A stretch of 64,000 nucleotides of DNA from Burkholderiales bacterium (GTDB lineage: Bacteria; Pseudomonadota; Gammaproteobacteria; Burkholderiales; SG8-39). A program made the translations under genes and the position numbers. The notes below the pieces were generated by a model. It was given only the letters and a program-made list of their open reading frames with translations, made no database searches and was not told the DNA's origin. The first letter of the stretch is position 1; each line of letters begins with the position of its first letter. Of this stretch, positions 27,574 through 36,554 are shown in pieces. The DNA lies in the NCBI GenBank assembly GCA_046153355.1, contig JBJXEY010000388.1:9342-73341 (forward strand). Reading direction: 5' to 3'.

Positions 27574-28986
27574 TTACGCCAGCAACATGCGCCGTGGATC
27601 GGCGATTTCACCGGCAATCGCCGCAGCCGCCGCTACCATCGGGCTTGCGATATGCGTGCGTGCCCCCGGACCTTGGCGTCCGACGAAATTGCGATTCGCG
27701 GTGGAGATGCAGCGCGCGCCCGGCTCGACCACATCGCCATTGGCCGCGACGCACATGGAACATCCCGGCTCTCGCCATTCGAATCCGGCCGAAAGGAACA
27801 CCTGATCGAGGCCCTCCCGCTCGGCTTCACGTTTTACTTGTTGCGAACCCGGCACCACCCAGGCCTTGACCTGCGGGGACACCTTGCGGCCGCGTGCGAT
27901 GGCTGCCGCGGCGCGCAGGTCGGGCAATCGCGCGTTAGTGCAAGAGCCGATGAACACGCGATCCACACGCGTTCCGGCAAGCCGCTGCCCCGCTTCAAGC
28001 CCCATGTAGGCAAGCGCTTTTTTCATCGCGGCACGCTGCTCAGGGGTCAAAGCAGGGGACTCCTCAGGCACGTCTCCATCCACCGGGATCACCTCTTCCG
28101 GACTCACTCCCCAGGTGATTTGCGGTGCGAGACTGTCGATATCGACCGCGACCTCCTTGTCAAACCGCGCGCCGTCATCACTCTTTAATTCGCGCCATTG
28201 CGCGAGCGCCGCGTTCCAATCGTCACCCTTGGGCGCGTAAGGCCGGCCGCGCAGGTAGTCGAACACATTTTCATCCGGCGCCACCAAGCCAATGCGCGCG
28301 CCAAACTCCACCGAGAGATTGCACAAGGTCATGCGCTCCTCGGCCGACAAAGCGTTCACCGCCTCGCCCACGTACTCCACCGCGTAACCCGTGCCCGCCG
28401 AAACGCCCACCTGCCCAATCAATGCGAGCGCCATGTCCTTGGCGCCCACGCAAGGACCCAGCGTTCCGTTGAAACGCACGCGCAGGGTCTTCGGCCGCCT
28501 TTGAATAATGGTTTGCGTGGCCAGAATGTGCTTTAGCTCCGAGCCGCCCATGCCAAACGCAACCGCCCCTAGCGCGCCATTGGTGCAGGTGTGGCTGTCG
28601 GCGCAGGCAATCAGCGTGCCCGGCAAGGTCAATCCCTGTTCCGGTCCCACCACGTGCACGATGCCCTGCCCCGCATCGTTGACATCGAAGAGCCGGATAG
28701 CGTGCTTCTTGGTTTCGCGGCGGAAGGTCGCCAGCGCTTCGTTGGCGCCCACGTCGCGCCCGCCCGTGCGGCCCGGTTCCGTGGACACCAGATGATCGGC
28801 GGTGGCGAAGGTGAGTTCGGGATTGCGCACCGTGGCGTTGATGGCGGCGTTTTCCGCCAGATAGCGCGAGCCGCCGAGGTCCAGCAAATAGTGGCGATCA
28901 ACGTGCAACAACTGCATGCCGCCGCCCAGGTCGGTGACGACGTGGGCGTTCCATATTTTCTCGAAAAGTGTAAGACCGGTGCTCAT
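27574..28986 (-). CDS. leuC: Isopropylmalate dehydratase-like large subunit (divergent, probably catabolic)
   Basis: TLFEKIW, GIVHVVGPE, DSHT, IGSCTN, PGCSMC and NRNFVGRQG motifs. Confidence 0.85.
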   Translation of the reverse strand: MSTGLTLFEKIWNAHVVTDLGGGMQLLHVDRHYLLDLGGSRYLAENAAINATVRNPELTFATADHLVSTEPGRTGGRDVGANEALATFRRETKKHAIRLFDVNDAGQGIVHVVGPEQGLTLPGTLIACADSHTCTNGALGAVAFGMGGSELKHILATQTIIQRRPKTLRVRFNGTLGPCVGAKDMALALIGQVGVSAGTGYAVEYVGEAVNALSAEERMTLCNLSVEFGARIGLVAPDENVFDYLRGRPYAPKGDDWNAALAQWRELKSDDGARFDKEVAVDIDSLAPQITWGVSPEEVIPVDGDVPEESPALTPEQRAAMKKALAYMGLEAGQRLAGTRVDRVFIGSCTNARLPDLRAAAAIARGRKVSPQVKAWVVPGSQQVKREAEREGLDQVFLSAGFEWREPGCSMCVAANGDVVEPGARCISTANRNFVGRQGPGARTHIASPMVAAAAAIAGEIADPRRMLLA

Positions 28987-29077
28987 GGCAACCTGATATT
29001 AACTGGGTGTGGCTTGCGGGGAATATCGCCCTATTTCACGTCACCCCGGTCAGAGCACGACAATGCCGCATCGCCCA

Positions 29078-29112
29078 TAGACATTTGCCGTCTATAATGA
29101 AGACATCTGTCT
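29078..29112 (+). promoter_or_regulatory. Promoter/operator of the Xre-RES TA pair
   Basis: TATAAT 29093-29098 flanked by inverted repeats TAGAC-N7-GTCTA and AGACA-TC-TGTCT. Confidence 0.5.
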
Positions 29113-29129
29113 ACAAGCACGGGAAATCC

Positions 29130-29567
29130 ATGGAATCCATCCACAGCATCGAACGCGTCCTGGGCGGCAAGACAATCTTAAAGAGTTCGCCAAAAACCGC
29201 GAATGATTGGCATCAGATTCTGGAAGGCGGCTTGCCACTTGGCGCGCTCGATGCCCTGAAACGGGTGGCGTCCCTGTCGGACACGCAAATCGCCACGCTG
29301 GTGGGCATCAGCGGAAAAACCTTGCAACGCGCGCGTAGCGCGCGCCAATTGCTGGATAGCGTATCGAGCGACCGCTTATATCGGGTGGCTCGACTCATCG
29401 CATTGGCAAGCGAAGTCTTGGACGACGCAAAACGCGGCATCGGCTGGCTCACGCGCGCGCAGCCTGGTCTGGGTGGCAGCATTCCGCTGGCCCTCATGAC
29501 GACCGATGCCGGCTGTGAGCAAGTCGAACAACTGTTACTACGAATCGAACATGGGGTGTACACCTAA
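29130..29567 (+). CDS. Xre/MbcA/ParS-type antitoxin
   Basis: HTH region VGISGKTLQR; SDRLYR, W...P.LGG..P and LLRIEHGVY; upstream of a RES toxin. Confidence 0.9.
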   Translation: MESIHSIERVLGGKTILKSSPKTANDWHQILEGGLPLGALDALKRVASLSDTQIATLVGISGKTLQRARSARQLLDSVSSDRLYRVARLIALASEVLDDAKRGIGWLTRAQPGLGGSIPLALMTTDAGCEQVEQLLLRIEHGVYT

Positions 29568-29585
29568 TTTCGGGCGGCCAGCCGC

Positions 29586-30044
29586 TTGAAACACGCCTAT
29601 CGCATCGTCAGGCGCCGACAAGCGCGCTTTGCCTTCAACGGCGAAGGAGCACGCATCGCCGGAGGCCGCTGGAATAGCCCCGGCAAACGCGCGGTTTATC
29701 TTTCCTCGACCCTGGCGCTTGCCGCGATGGAAGTCTTCGTGCATCTGCGTGAAGACGCCGCGAGCTTGGATTATGTCTATTTCGAGATAGCCATTCCCGA
29801 TGACCTTGTGATTGCAACACTTGATCGCAAACCCAAAGGCTGGCGTGCAGAACCGCCAGGCATGGCGTCCATGCATATTGGCGATCGATGGTTACAGGCG
29901 CAAACATCCGCGCTGCTCGCGCTACCGTCCGCGATTATCCCTAGCGAAATAAATTTTCTCCTGAATCCCAATCACCCCGATAGCGGCAAGCTGCGCATCG
30001 CACCGGCGCGGGCGTTTCACTTCGATCCGCGGATGTGGAAATAA
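29586..30044 (+). CDS. RES-domain toxin (NAD+ phosphorylase family)
   Basis: YRI, GGRWNSPG, VYLS...E and PSAIIPSEINFLLNPNH motifs. Confidence 0.92.
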   Translation: MKHAYRIVRRRQARFAFNGEGARIAGGRWNSPGKRAVYLSSTLALAAMEVFVHLREDAASLDYVYFEIAIPDDLVIATLDRKPKGWRAEPPGMASMHIGDRWLQAQTSALLALPSAIIPSEINFLLNPNHPDSGKLRIAPARAFHFDPRMWK

Positions 30045-30078
30045 AAACGCTCAAGAGCTGAGTTTTCATTTACTTCTT

Positions 30079-30111
30079 ATAGAAATCATTATGATTTATA
30101 ATGATCTCTAT
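30079..30111 (+). promoter_or_regulatory. Operator/promoter of the HipBA-like pair
   Basis: 14-bp inverted repeat ATAGAAATCATTAT/ATAATGATCTCTAT (1 mismatch) overlapping TATAAT 30097-30102. Confidence 0.6.
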
Positions 30112-30448
30112 GGCACGCATAACAAACAATACTCTGCTGAGCGAGGAACTGCTCGACCGCCTTGGCCGACTCGGGCGTCGGCTGCGCGACGCGCGCATTC
30201 ACCGCCGCCTGCGACAGATCGATCTTGCGCAAAAATCCGGCCTTTCGCGCTCCACAATTGAGAGCATCGAGCGAGGCGAAGCCACAACTTCGCTCGGGGC
30301 CTACGCCCACGTGTTGTGGGTGCTGGGCCTGGACCGGGAAATTGATTTACTCGCCGACCCAGGCCTTGACCGCGAAGGCATCGCGTTGGCCTTCTCCTCT
30401 GCCGACAAGCGCGTACGCCCACGCGGCAAAATCGACAATGACTTCTGA
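30110..30448 (+). CDS. XRE-family HTH antitoxin (HipB-like)
   Basis: RLRDARIHRRLRQIDLAQKSGLSRSTIESIERG; overlaps the start of the HipA-like gene; start 30101 or 30110. Confidence 0.85.
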   Translation: MARITNNTLLSEELLDRLGRLGRRLRDARIHRRLRQIDLAQKSGLSRSTIESIERGEATTSLGAYAHVLWVLGLDREIDLLADPGLDREGIALAFSSADKRVRPRGKIDNDF

Positions 30449-31700
30449 AGCCTTCGTCTGGATTCATTTGCCCGGCGAAACCTCGTCAACGCTGGCGGGC
30501 CGCGTGCGCCGCGAACGGGCAACCGGCCAGGATGTAGGGAGATTCGTCTATGGAAAAACTTATCTGGCCAACGCGCGTGCGCTTCCCATCGATCCGATTC
30601 TTCTCCCCCTGCGCGAAGAGGAATTCGTAACCACGACGTTAAGCGGCCACTTCAGCGCGCTGCTCGACGCTGGCCCCGATAGCTGGGGCAAACGGCTTGC
30701 CGCGCTGGAATACGGTCCACAGGATGAACTCGGGTTTTTACTTTGTACGCGTGGCGAGCAAGCCGGAGCATTGTCCTTCTCGACTGAATCGAGTTCACCG
30801 CCGCAAGCGGGCGAGTGTTTCGAGTTTTCCTCGATCAACGCTTTGAACGAGGCTGCCATGTTAGTCGACCAGGGCGCGCCACTGGCGGAGCGACACTTGA
30901 AATTGCTCCAGGCGGGCACCGGCGGCGCGCGGCCGAAATTTAGCGTCGTCAAAGATGGCGCTTTGTGGCTTGCCAAGCTAGAGAGCATCCACGATCAAAA
31001 TCTGCCCGCCAATTTACCGCGTTTGGAGGCCGCGACCCTCGATCTCGCGGCCATGGTGGGAATCGATGTTCCACCGCACCAACTGTATGCGATCGGCGCT
31101 CGACAACTGCTACTAGTCAAGCGCTTTGACCGGGTTCGCGCCGAGAACGCCAGCAACAGCAAAGTCTCCGAAGCATGGCTAAGGCGGCGTTACGTATCGG
31201 CGCGCAGCGTGTTTTATTCCAATCCCGAACTGCAACGCTGGAGTTATTCGGGTTCCTATCCGCGCCTATCGCGCGACATGGCACGCTGGTCGATCAACCC
31301 CGAGCATGATCGCCGGCAATTGTTTTTGCGGCTGGTATTCAATTGCCTGATTTCCAATACCGACGATCACGATCTCAATCACGGCTTGGTCGGCGGCGAT
31401 GACGCGGCGGCAGGCTTCGCTTTGTCGCCCGCGTTCGATCTCGTGCCGGAGGCCTTGGGCACGGCACGGCGGCAACAGGCCTTGTTAATCGGCGATCAAG
31501 GCGCTGACGCGCGCCGCTCGAACATCCTCTCGGCCGTTGGCGCCTATGGCCTAACGCTTGCCACAGGCACCGAGCTTATCGACGAGGTAAAAGCCGTTGT
31601 CGCCAAACATTGGCGCGCCTGCCTTGAACGAAACGGCATTGGCATGGCGGCCATTGAAAAATTGCAATCGTCTTTTGTACCAGCGTATTTCGAATCCTAA
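30438..31700 (+). CDS. hipA: HipA-family kinase toxin
   Basis: PDSWG, GGARPK, VKRFDR, NTDDHDLNH and LSPAFDL motifs. Confidence 0.88.
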   Translation: MTSEAFVWIHLPGETSSTLAGRVRRERATGQDVGRFVYGKTYLANARALPIDPILLPLREEEFVTTTLSGHFSALLDAGPDSWGKRLAALEYGPQDELGFLLCTRGEQAGALSFSTESSSPPQAGECFEFSSINALNEAAMLVDQGAPLAERHLKLLQAGTGGARPKFSVVKDGALWLAKLESIHDQNLPANLPRLEAATLDLAAMVGIDVPPHQLYAIGARQLLLVKRFDRVRAENASNSKVSEAWLRRRYVSARSVFYSNPELQRWSYSGSYPRLSRDMARWSINPEHDRRQLFLRLVFNCLISNTDDHDLNHGLVGGDDAAAGFALSPAFDLVPEALGTARRQQALLIGDQGADARRSNILSAVGAYGLTLATGTELIDEVKAVVAKHWRACLERNGIGMAAIEKLQSSFVPAYFES

Positions 31701-31910
31701 GAAACGTCGATTAAGACGCGATTCGAAGTTCGTCATATTGGCGCTTCCCTCTGAATTGGGGGAGTTCCCTAGGAAACAGTCGCCGGACGACAGCGGCGAC
31801 AAGCAGGAGCGGCACTATCCCGAGGTCAGAACGAAGGTAATACTCTGGCGCTCCTCCTCGCTATCGAAGCGAATGCTGCCAGCCAGTCATTGACGCACTT
31901 GCCGAAGCAA

Positions 31911-32984
31911 TCATTCGTCCACGCTGATCACGCGTCGTATCTCATCGGTTTTGAATCCCAAGGCCATCGGGCGCTTCACGCCAGGCAGGGTGATGATATC
32001 GTAGAGTTCGTCGACAATTCCTTCAATTCTAATCCAATGTACCGCGTCCCCCGTGCGTATATCGATGATTTGTATTCCACATCGGGATTCTGCCTTGCGT
32101 GTTTTTAAATTCTCATCCAACGCCAAACCGCTGAAAGTTTTGTTGTGGCGCGGTTTGGAAGTCCCCACCAGCGCGTAATCGCCGTGAAAATACAGCCCCC
32201 GCATATATCCGGCGCAAAAGGTCACCGGCACGAAACGCCCGGTTTGCAATTCCACATAACCGAAATCCCCGGTGCCGGAATTAAGCAACCACAGCTTGCC
32301 GCGATGCCAGCGCGGCGAATGCGGCATGGATAGGCCGCGACACACAATCTGATTGCTTTGCACATCGATCACCACGCCGCCGCCCGCGCGGTGGTCGCGC
32401 CAACCGTCGACCACGTCCGACTCGCCCACCGCGGTCACATACGCCGCGCGCCCATCCTTCAAGGCAAGGCCATTCAAATGACAACGATCCTCGGCCGCCA
32501 GCTTGCTACTAAATGGCGGGCGCCACAGCGGTTTGAAGCTATGCGTTTCGCTCAACGTCGCAAGACAACCGAACAAGGTGTTGACGAACACCAGCCTGCC
32601 GTCGCTCTCCACCGCCATGTCGTGAATATCGCAATCGCCGGTGGTATTTCCCACTTGCGGAATATACAAACGGTCGTAACCATCCTGCATCTCGCCCTTG
32701 GTAAATACGTTTTCGAAGCGCCACATCTGATGCAGGCTGCTCATATAAAAACCATTCGCCGTGGGGCACAATCCCATGCAGCGATTAAAGGTTCTCTCGA
32801 AAATGGAGAATTCGCCGGTGCCCTTCAAACCCAGCAGGAACAATTTGCCGATTTGATAGGTGGTGAGCGCAATCGACAATTTTTGTTCCGCAAGCCAAGC
32901 GAGCATTTGCCGCGAGGTGGTGATCTCCAATTGCGGTGTGGCTATACCGGATACGCCGGCGTCATTCCCATCGTTCAAAGCCAT
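31911..32984 (-). CDS. TIGR03032 (DUF4915) family protein
   Basis: LTTYQIGKL, RCMGL, TGDCDIHD, FVNTLFGCL, EDRCHLNG and GLSMPHSPRWH motifs. Confidence 0.88.
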   Translation of the reverse strand: MALNDGNDAGVSGIATPQLEITTSRQMLAWLAEQKLSIALTTYQIGKLFLLGLKGTGEFSIFERTFNRCMGLCPTANGFYMSSLHQMWRFENVFTKGEMQDGYDRLYIPQVGNTTGDCDIHDMAVESDGRLVFVNTLFGCLATLSETHSFKPLWRPPFSSKLAAEDRCHLNGLALKDGRAAYVTAVGESDVVDGWRDHRAGGGVVIDVQSNQIVCRGLSMPHSPRWHRGKLWLLNSGTGDFGYVELQTGRFVPVTFCAGYMRGLYFHGDYALVGTSKPRHNKTFSGLALDENLKTRKAESRCGIQIIDIRTGDAVHWIRIEGIVDELYDIITLPGVKRPMALGFKTDEIRRVISVDE

Positions 32985-33089
32985 GCTTTCATCCTTATTT
33001 TTGCGTTTTTCATTGTAGAAGACATTCGCGGCAACAGGGTTCGTATCGATAACGAGATCTTCTCGTGACCGCGTCTGTTGTCGCGGCAT

Positions 33090-33409
33090 GGTTTCGACGG
33101 CATTGCCCAGTTGTTGGGCCGCCCTCGACAACAGCGGCGTCCAACCCTCGCCCTCCATCTGCCGCAACAAATGCAGGGTCGGATACCAGGGCGCATAACG
33201 GCAGAATTGAAGCGTATCGCCAAAGCCGCGGCCGCATCCATTTGCCCGTTAAAACGAAGAGCAACACCAAGGCCTGCTTGGACTGCGGCGTTGTTGGGCG
33301 TGGCGGCGGCGGCATCCTGCATCGACCGCAGAGCCGTTTGGCCGTCACCCTTGGCGAGCGCCGCTTGCGCCCCCGCCAGCAGCGCGTCAATGGATGCAGC
33401 AGGATTCAT
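33090..33409 (-). pseudogene. Collapsed TPR-glycosyltransferase remnant
   Basis: TPR-like N-terminus, frameshift near 33225, then GFGDTLQFCRYA fused directly to PWYPTLHLLRQ...W; 3' end approximate. Confidence 0.7.
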
Positions 33410-35706
33410 TTCTTCGAATTACGCGGCTGGCGCTTGGTCTTGGTAGATTTGCCATGATCGTCAAGCGCCTCATTGGCATTGAGCATTCGCGCGGCGCCAC
33501 CATCGCAGTAGCTTGTCCACATACGTTGCAACAGCCGTTCGAAATTTTTCACGTAGGTCTCGATATCGCAAAGCCTAGAGGCCAGCATCTTGGCGCGCAG
33601 GCGCTCGCGCCCGACGCGCAACTCGCGAACATTCCCCGCCAAATTTTTCGCCACCGCGACGTAGCGATTCTCATCCTCCGCAACCCATGCAGCCTCGCCC
33701 AGCGTATGCATGAAACTCGCGCCCATGCGGCCAACGAAATTGCCACCGCAGAGGCACACCACCGGCACACCCATCCACAGCGCCTGCAACGTGGTGGTGC
33801 CGCCGTTGTAGGGGGTGGGGTCGAGACCAATGTCGACATCGCCATACTCTTGCATCATGTCGGCCAAGCCATTCGGGCCGCGAAATTCGATGCGATCTCG
33901 ACCGATGCCTTGCGCGGCAAACAGTGTGGCGAAGCGCTGCCGCACCGCCTCATCGCGCAACGAGGGCGCCTTCAACAACAGGCGCGATCCAGGCACCGCC
34001 TGCAACACGCGCGACCACAGCGCAATCGTGCGGGGTGACAACTTCATGGCGTTATTAAACGATGCGAACACCACCGGCGCCTCGCTGGCACGCGCCTTTG
34101 GCAGCGGATAAGGGTCCACCGGCGCCCAACACCACACGCAATCGGGCATCTGCGCGATGCCCTCGCTGATCAGATTGGCATGTTCTTGCGGCGTCACCAC
34201 CGCATCGCCAATTAGCCAATCGATGCTTTTCATACCGGTGGAACCAGGATAGCCGAGGAAACTCGCCTGCACCGGCGCCGCGCGCATGGCGAATACTCCC
34301 AGGCGATGGCTGGCGGTGTGTCCGGCCAAATCCACCAGCACATCGATGCCATCTTCGAGAATCGTTTGCCGTAGCGCGTTGTCGTCCATCGCGGCGCACT
34401 CCACCCAGCGATCCGCGCTCGCCTTGGCTTGGCGCGTGTATTCGTCGTGCATATTGCCGGTGTGATAAATATGAATGGCAAAGCGTTCGTGATCGTGGCG
34501 CAGGAGCACCGGCAACATGAAAATATTCACCGGATGTTGGCGATGAATATCCCCGGTGACATAACCGATACGCAGACGCCGCGTCGGTTCGGCAAGAAAT
34601 CGTTGGCGTGCCGCATCCCTGGTTTTCTCGAAATCGTTGCCCCTACCAACTGCGGCCTCGATCGGCGTGCATAGACGGCGATGCCAATCGGCCACCTCCT
34701 CGGGACTTAAGGTGTCTTGGTACAACAAGGTCATGGCAATGCTTGAAGCGGTGCGCGACAGCGGATCGCCACCGGCCTCATAGCTTTTTTGTAGGGTGAG
34801 CAGGTGACCGCGAGCATCGCCCATGCGCCCCATCAAACCCGCCTCCAACAAGCGCGCTTCGGCGTTGTCCGGGTCGATGGCCTGCACCCGCGCCAAACTG
34901 TCGCGGCAATCGGCCAGCGAATACACCTCGGACTGAATTTTCGCGAGGCTAAGCAATAGCGTCACGCTATCTGGCCTGAGACTCAACGCCTTTTTAAGAA
35001 CGTCGATAGCCTCCTGCCAATAATTGTGGCCATAGACGCGACCGGCCAAGTTCGCCAAAAAATCCGGATTATTGGAAAGCGATGCCCTCGCGAACGCTTT
35101 CTCCGCCGCCGCGTTATTGCCCACGCGAAGCAACGCCTCGCCCAAGTACATCATCGAACCAAAACGCATCGGGCGAATATCCAAAAGCCCGGAAAACGCC
35201 GACACCGCCCCCGCGCCATCGCCCGCGTTCAGTCGCCACACACCCATCCAGTGCAGGGATTCGCCGGGCAGGGGTTCGAGGGCGGAGGCCTCGCGAATGG
35301 CGGCGACAATATCCAGATTGGCGCCCTGGGTCAAAGCACCTCCGACGCCAGCGCCAATCAGCTCCCAAAGGCGCGCGAGATATAGACAAGTCAACCAATC
35401 GCCCGGGCAGTCCTCGCGCTGCTTGGCAAAGCGCGCGACACGCGCCGCCGCATCCGGCAAAGAAGCACGCCCAAGCAAAGCGTCGCCAGCGGCAACATCC
35501 TGAAACGCCCCTAGATCCAAGGCCAGCAATTGGGACTTCAAACTCGCGTCGCAACGCAACGCCTGACGCGCTGCATAACCCGCCTGCCAATCGAGGTTCT
35601 CTGCGGCATAGATCCGCGCCAACTCGAACCAGTGTTGCGCATGCGCGGGCGCCGCACGTAGCGCCAACCAATGCTGGGGGATGGCGCTTAAATCCGCGGT
35701 AATCAT
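33406..35706 (-). CDS. TPR-containing O-GlcNAc transferase/SPINDLY-like glycosyltransferase (GT41)
   Basis: TPR helices; LRIGYVTGD..QHPV, VDLAGHT, APVQ...GYPGSTG, FNN..K and PYNGGTTT..ALWMGVPV. Confidence 0.9.
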   Translation of the reverse strand: MITADLSAIPQHWLALRAAPAHAQHWFELARIYAAENLDWQAGYAARQALRCDASLKSQLLALDLGAFQDVAAGDALLGRASLPDAAARVARFAKQREDCPGDWLTCLYLARLWELIGAGVGGALTQGANLDIVAAIREASALEPLPGESLHWMGVWRLNAGDGAGAVSAFSGLLDIRPMRFGSMMYLGEALLRVGNNAAAEKAFARASLSNNPDFLANLAGRVYGHNYWQEAIDVLKKALSLRPDSVTLLLSLAKIQSEVYSLADCRDSLARVQAIDPDNAEARLLEAGLMGRMGDARGHLLTLQKSYEAGGDPLSRTASSIAMTLLYQDTLSPEEVADWHRRLCTPIEAAVGRGNDFEKTRDAARQRFLAEPTRRLRIGYVTGDIHRQHPVNIFMLPVLLRHDHERFAIHIYHTGNMHDEYTRQAKASADRWVECAAMDDNALRQTILEDGIDVLVDLAGHTASHRLGVFAMRAAPVQASFLGYPGSTGMKSIDWLIGDAVVTPQEHANLISEGIAQMPDCVWCWAPVDPYPLPKARASEAPVVFASFNNAMKLSPRTIALWSRVLQAVPGSRLLLKAPSLRDEAVRQRFATLFAAQGIGRDRIEFRGPNGLADMMQEYGDVDIGLDPTPYNGGTTTLQALWMGVPVVCLCGGNFVGRMGASFMHTLGEAAWVAEDENRYVAVAKNLAGNVRELRVGRERLRAKMLASRLCDIETYVKNFERLLQRMWTSYCDGGAARMLNANEALDDHGKSTKTKRQPRNSKK

Positions 35707-35783
35707 CCTATCGTTTTGCCACGCAACAAAGCCGGTATCCGGGACCAACGTACTTGTTGGCAAAACAATGCTTGTCGCGACAA

Positions 35784-36005
35784 TTACAGACGTTGCTCGT
35801 TTTCGAAGTTTTCGGAAAAGTCTTCCGGCGCATCGATTGGATTGGCGCGCATCGCATCGAACGCGGAATATGGTTTGCCGGTGATCGACTTGGCGTCGAC
35901 CAACACGATAACCTCCGCCTTCGACCCGGGCTCGAGCAATCGACTGCTCAAGTGAACGCTACGGTCCGGCCCGACCTGGACTTTTTCACGTATAGCAATA
36001 GACAT
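35784..36005 (-). CDS. Small hypothetical protein, antitoxin-like
   Basis: 73 aa; beta-rich N-half (PGSKAEVIVLV) and acidic tail IDAPEDFSENF. Confidence 0.5.
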   Translation of the reverse strand: MSIAIREKVQVGPDRSVHLSSRLLEPGSKAEVIVLVDAKSITGKPYSAFDAMRANPIDAPEDFSENFENEQRL

Positions 36006-36554
36006 GTTCGGCTCCCTAGGTACCAAGCAATGCGTCGCTGCTGCCCTTCATTTTAACGCAATGGCCGCCGAAATCTCTAGCAACGTTTCTGCGGTGTGAT
36101 CGAACGACACCGTTCGACGCCATCGAAAGTCGCGATAAAAACTCAAGAACTTGGCAATTGCAAAACCCGTGCGACATGCAACCGTTCAATTTGTCGAATT
36201 ACAAAAACTCTCCCCAACGCACGCCGACTATCGCCTGCCACGCCGCGAGCAATTCGCGCCTTCCCGGCCAGCCTGTGCCGCCTGGCCCTGAGCCTGCTGC
36301 GAGGTAATCGACGAGTGCGCTCGCAATGCACTGGCGATGCGGCGAGGCAAATTTTTCACCGTTTCGTTTTCGAATTCCAGCTTGTCAGTGTTTCACTCTA
36401 AAATGAATCAGTCGCGAGGGGACGTGCCCTCCCAATTTAGACCTCCCTTGGTAAACATTGAACGAGGATGCCTTCGCCGCCTTGTATCCCCGAATGCGGT
36501 TGCACCGAACCTGGAATGCGGACTTAATCAGCGTTTCCCTGGGAATTTTTTAAG

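Noticed and set aside
30162-30437. N-terminal extension of HipA in the ORF track
   Set aside because: Overlaps the HipB-like gene; HipA-like sequence begins at ATG 30438.
32985-33170. N-terminal extension of TIGR03032
   Set aside because: Derives from the glycosyltransferase remnant reading through; the likely start is 32984.
36060-36540. Long intergenic region, possible ncRNA or pseudogene
   Set aside because: No convincing structure or protein motif found by eye.
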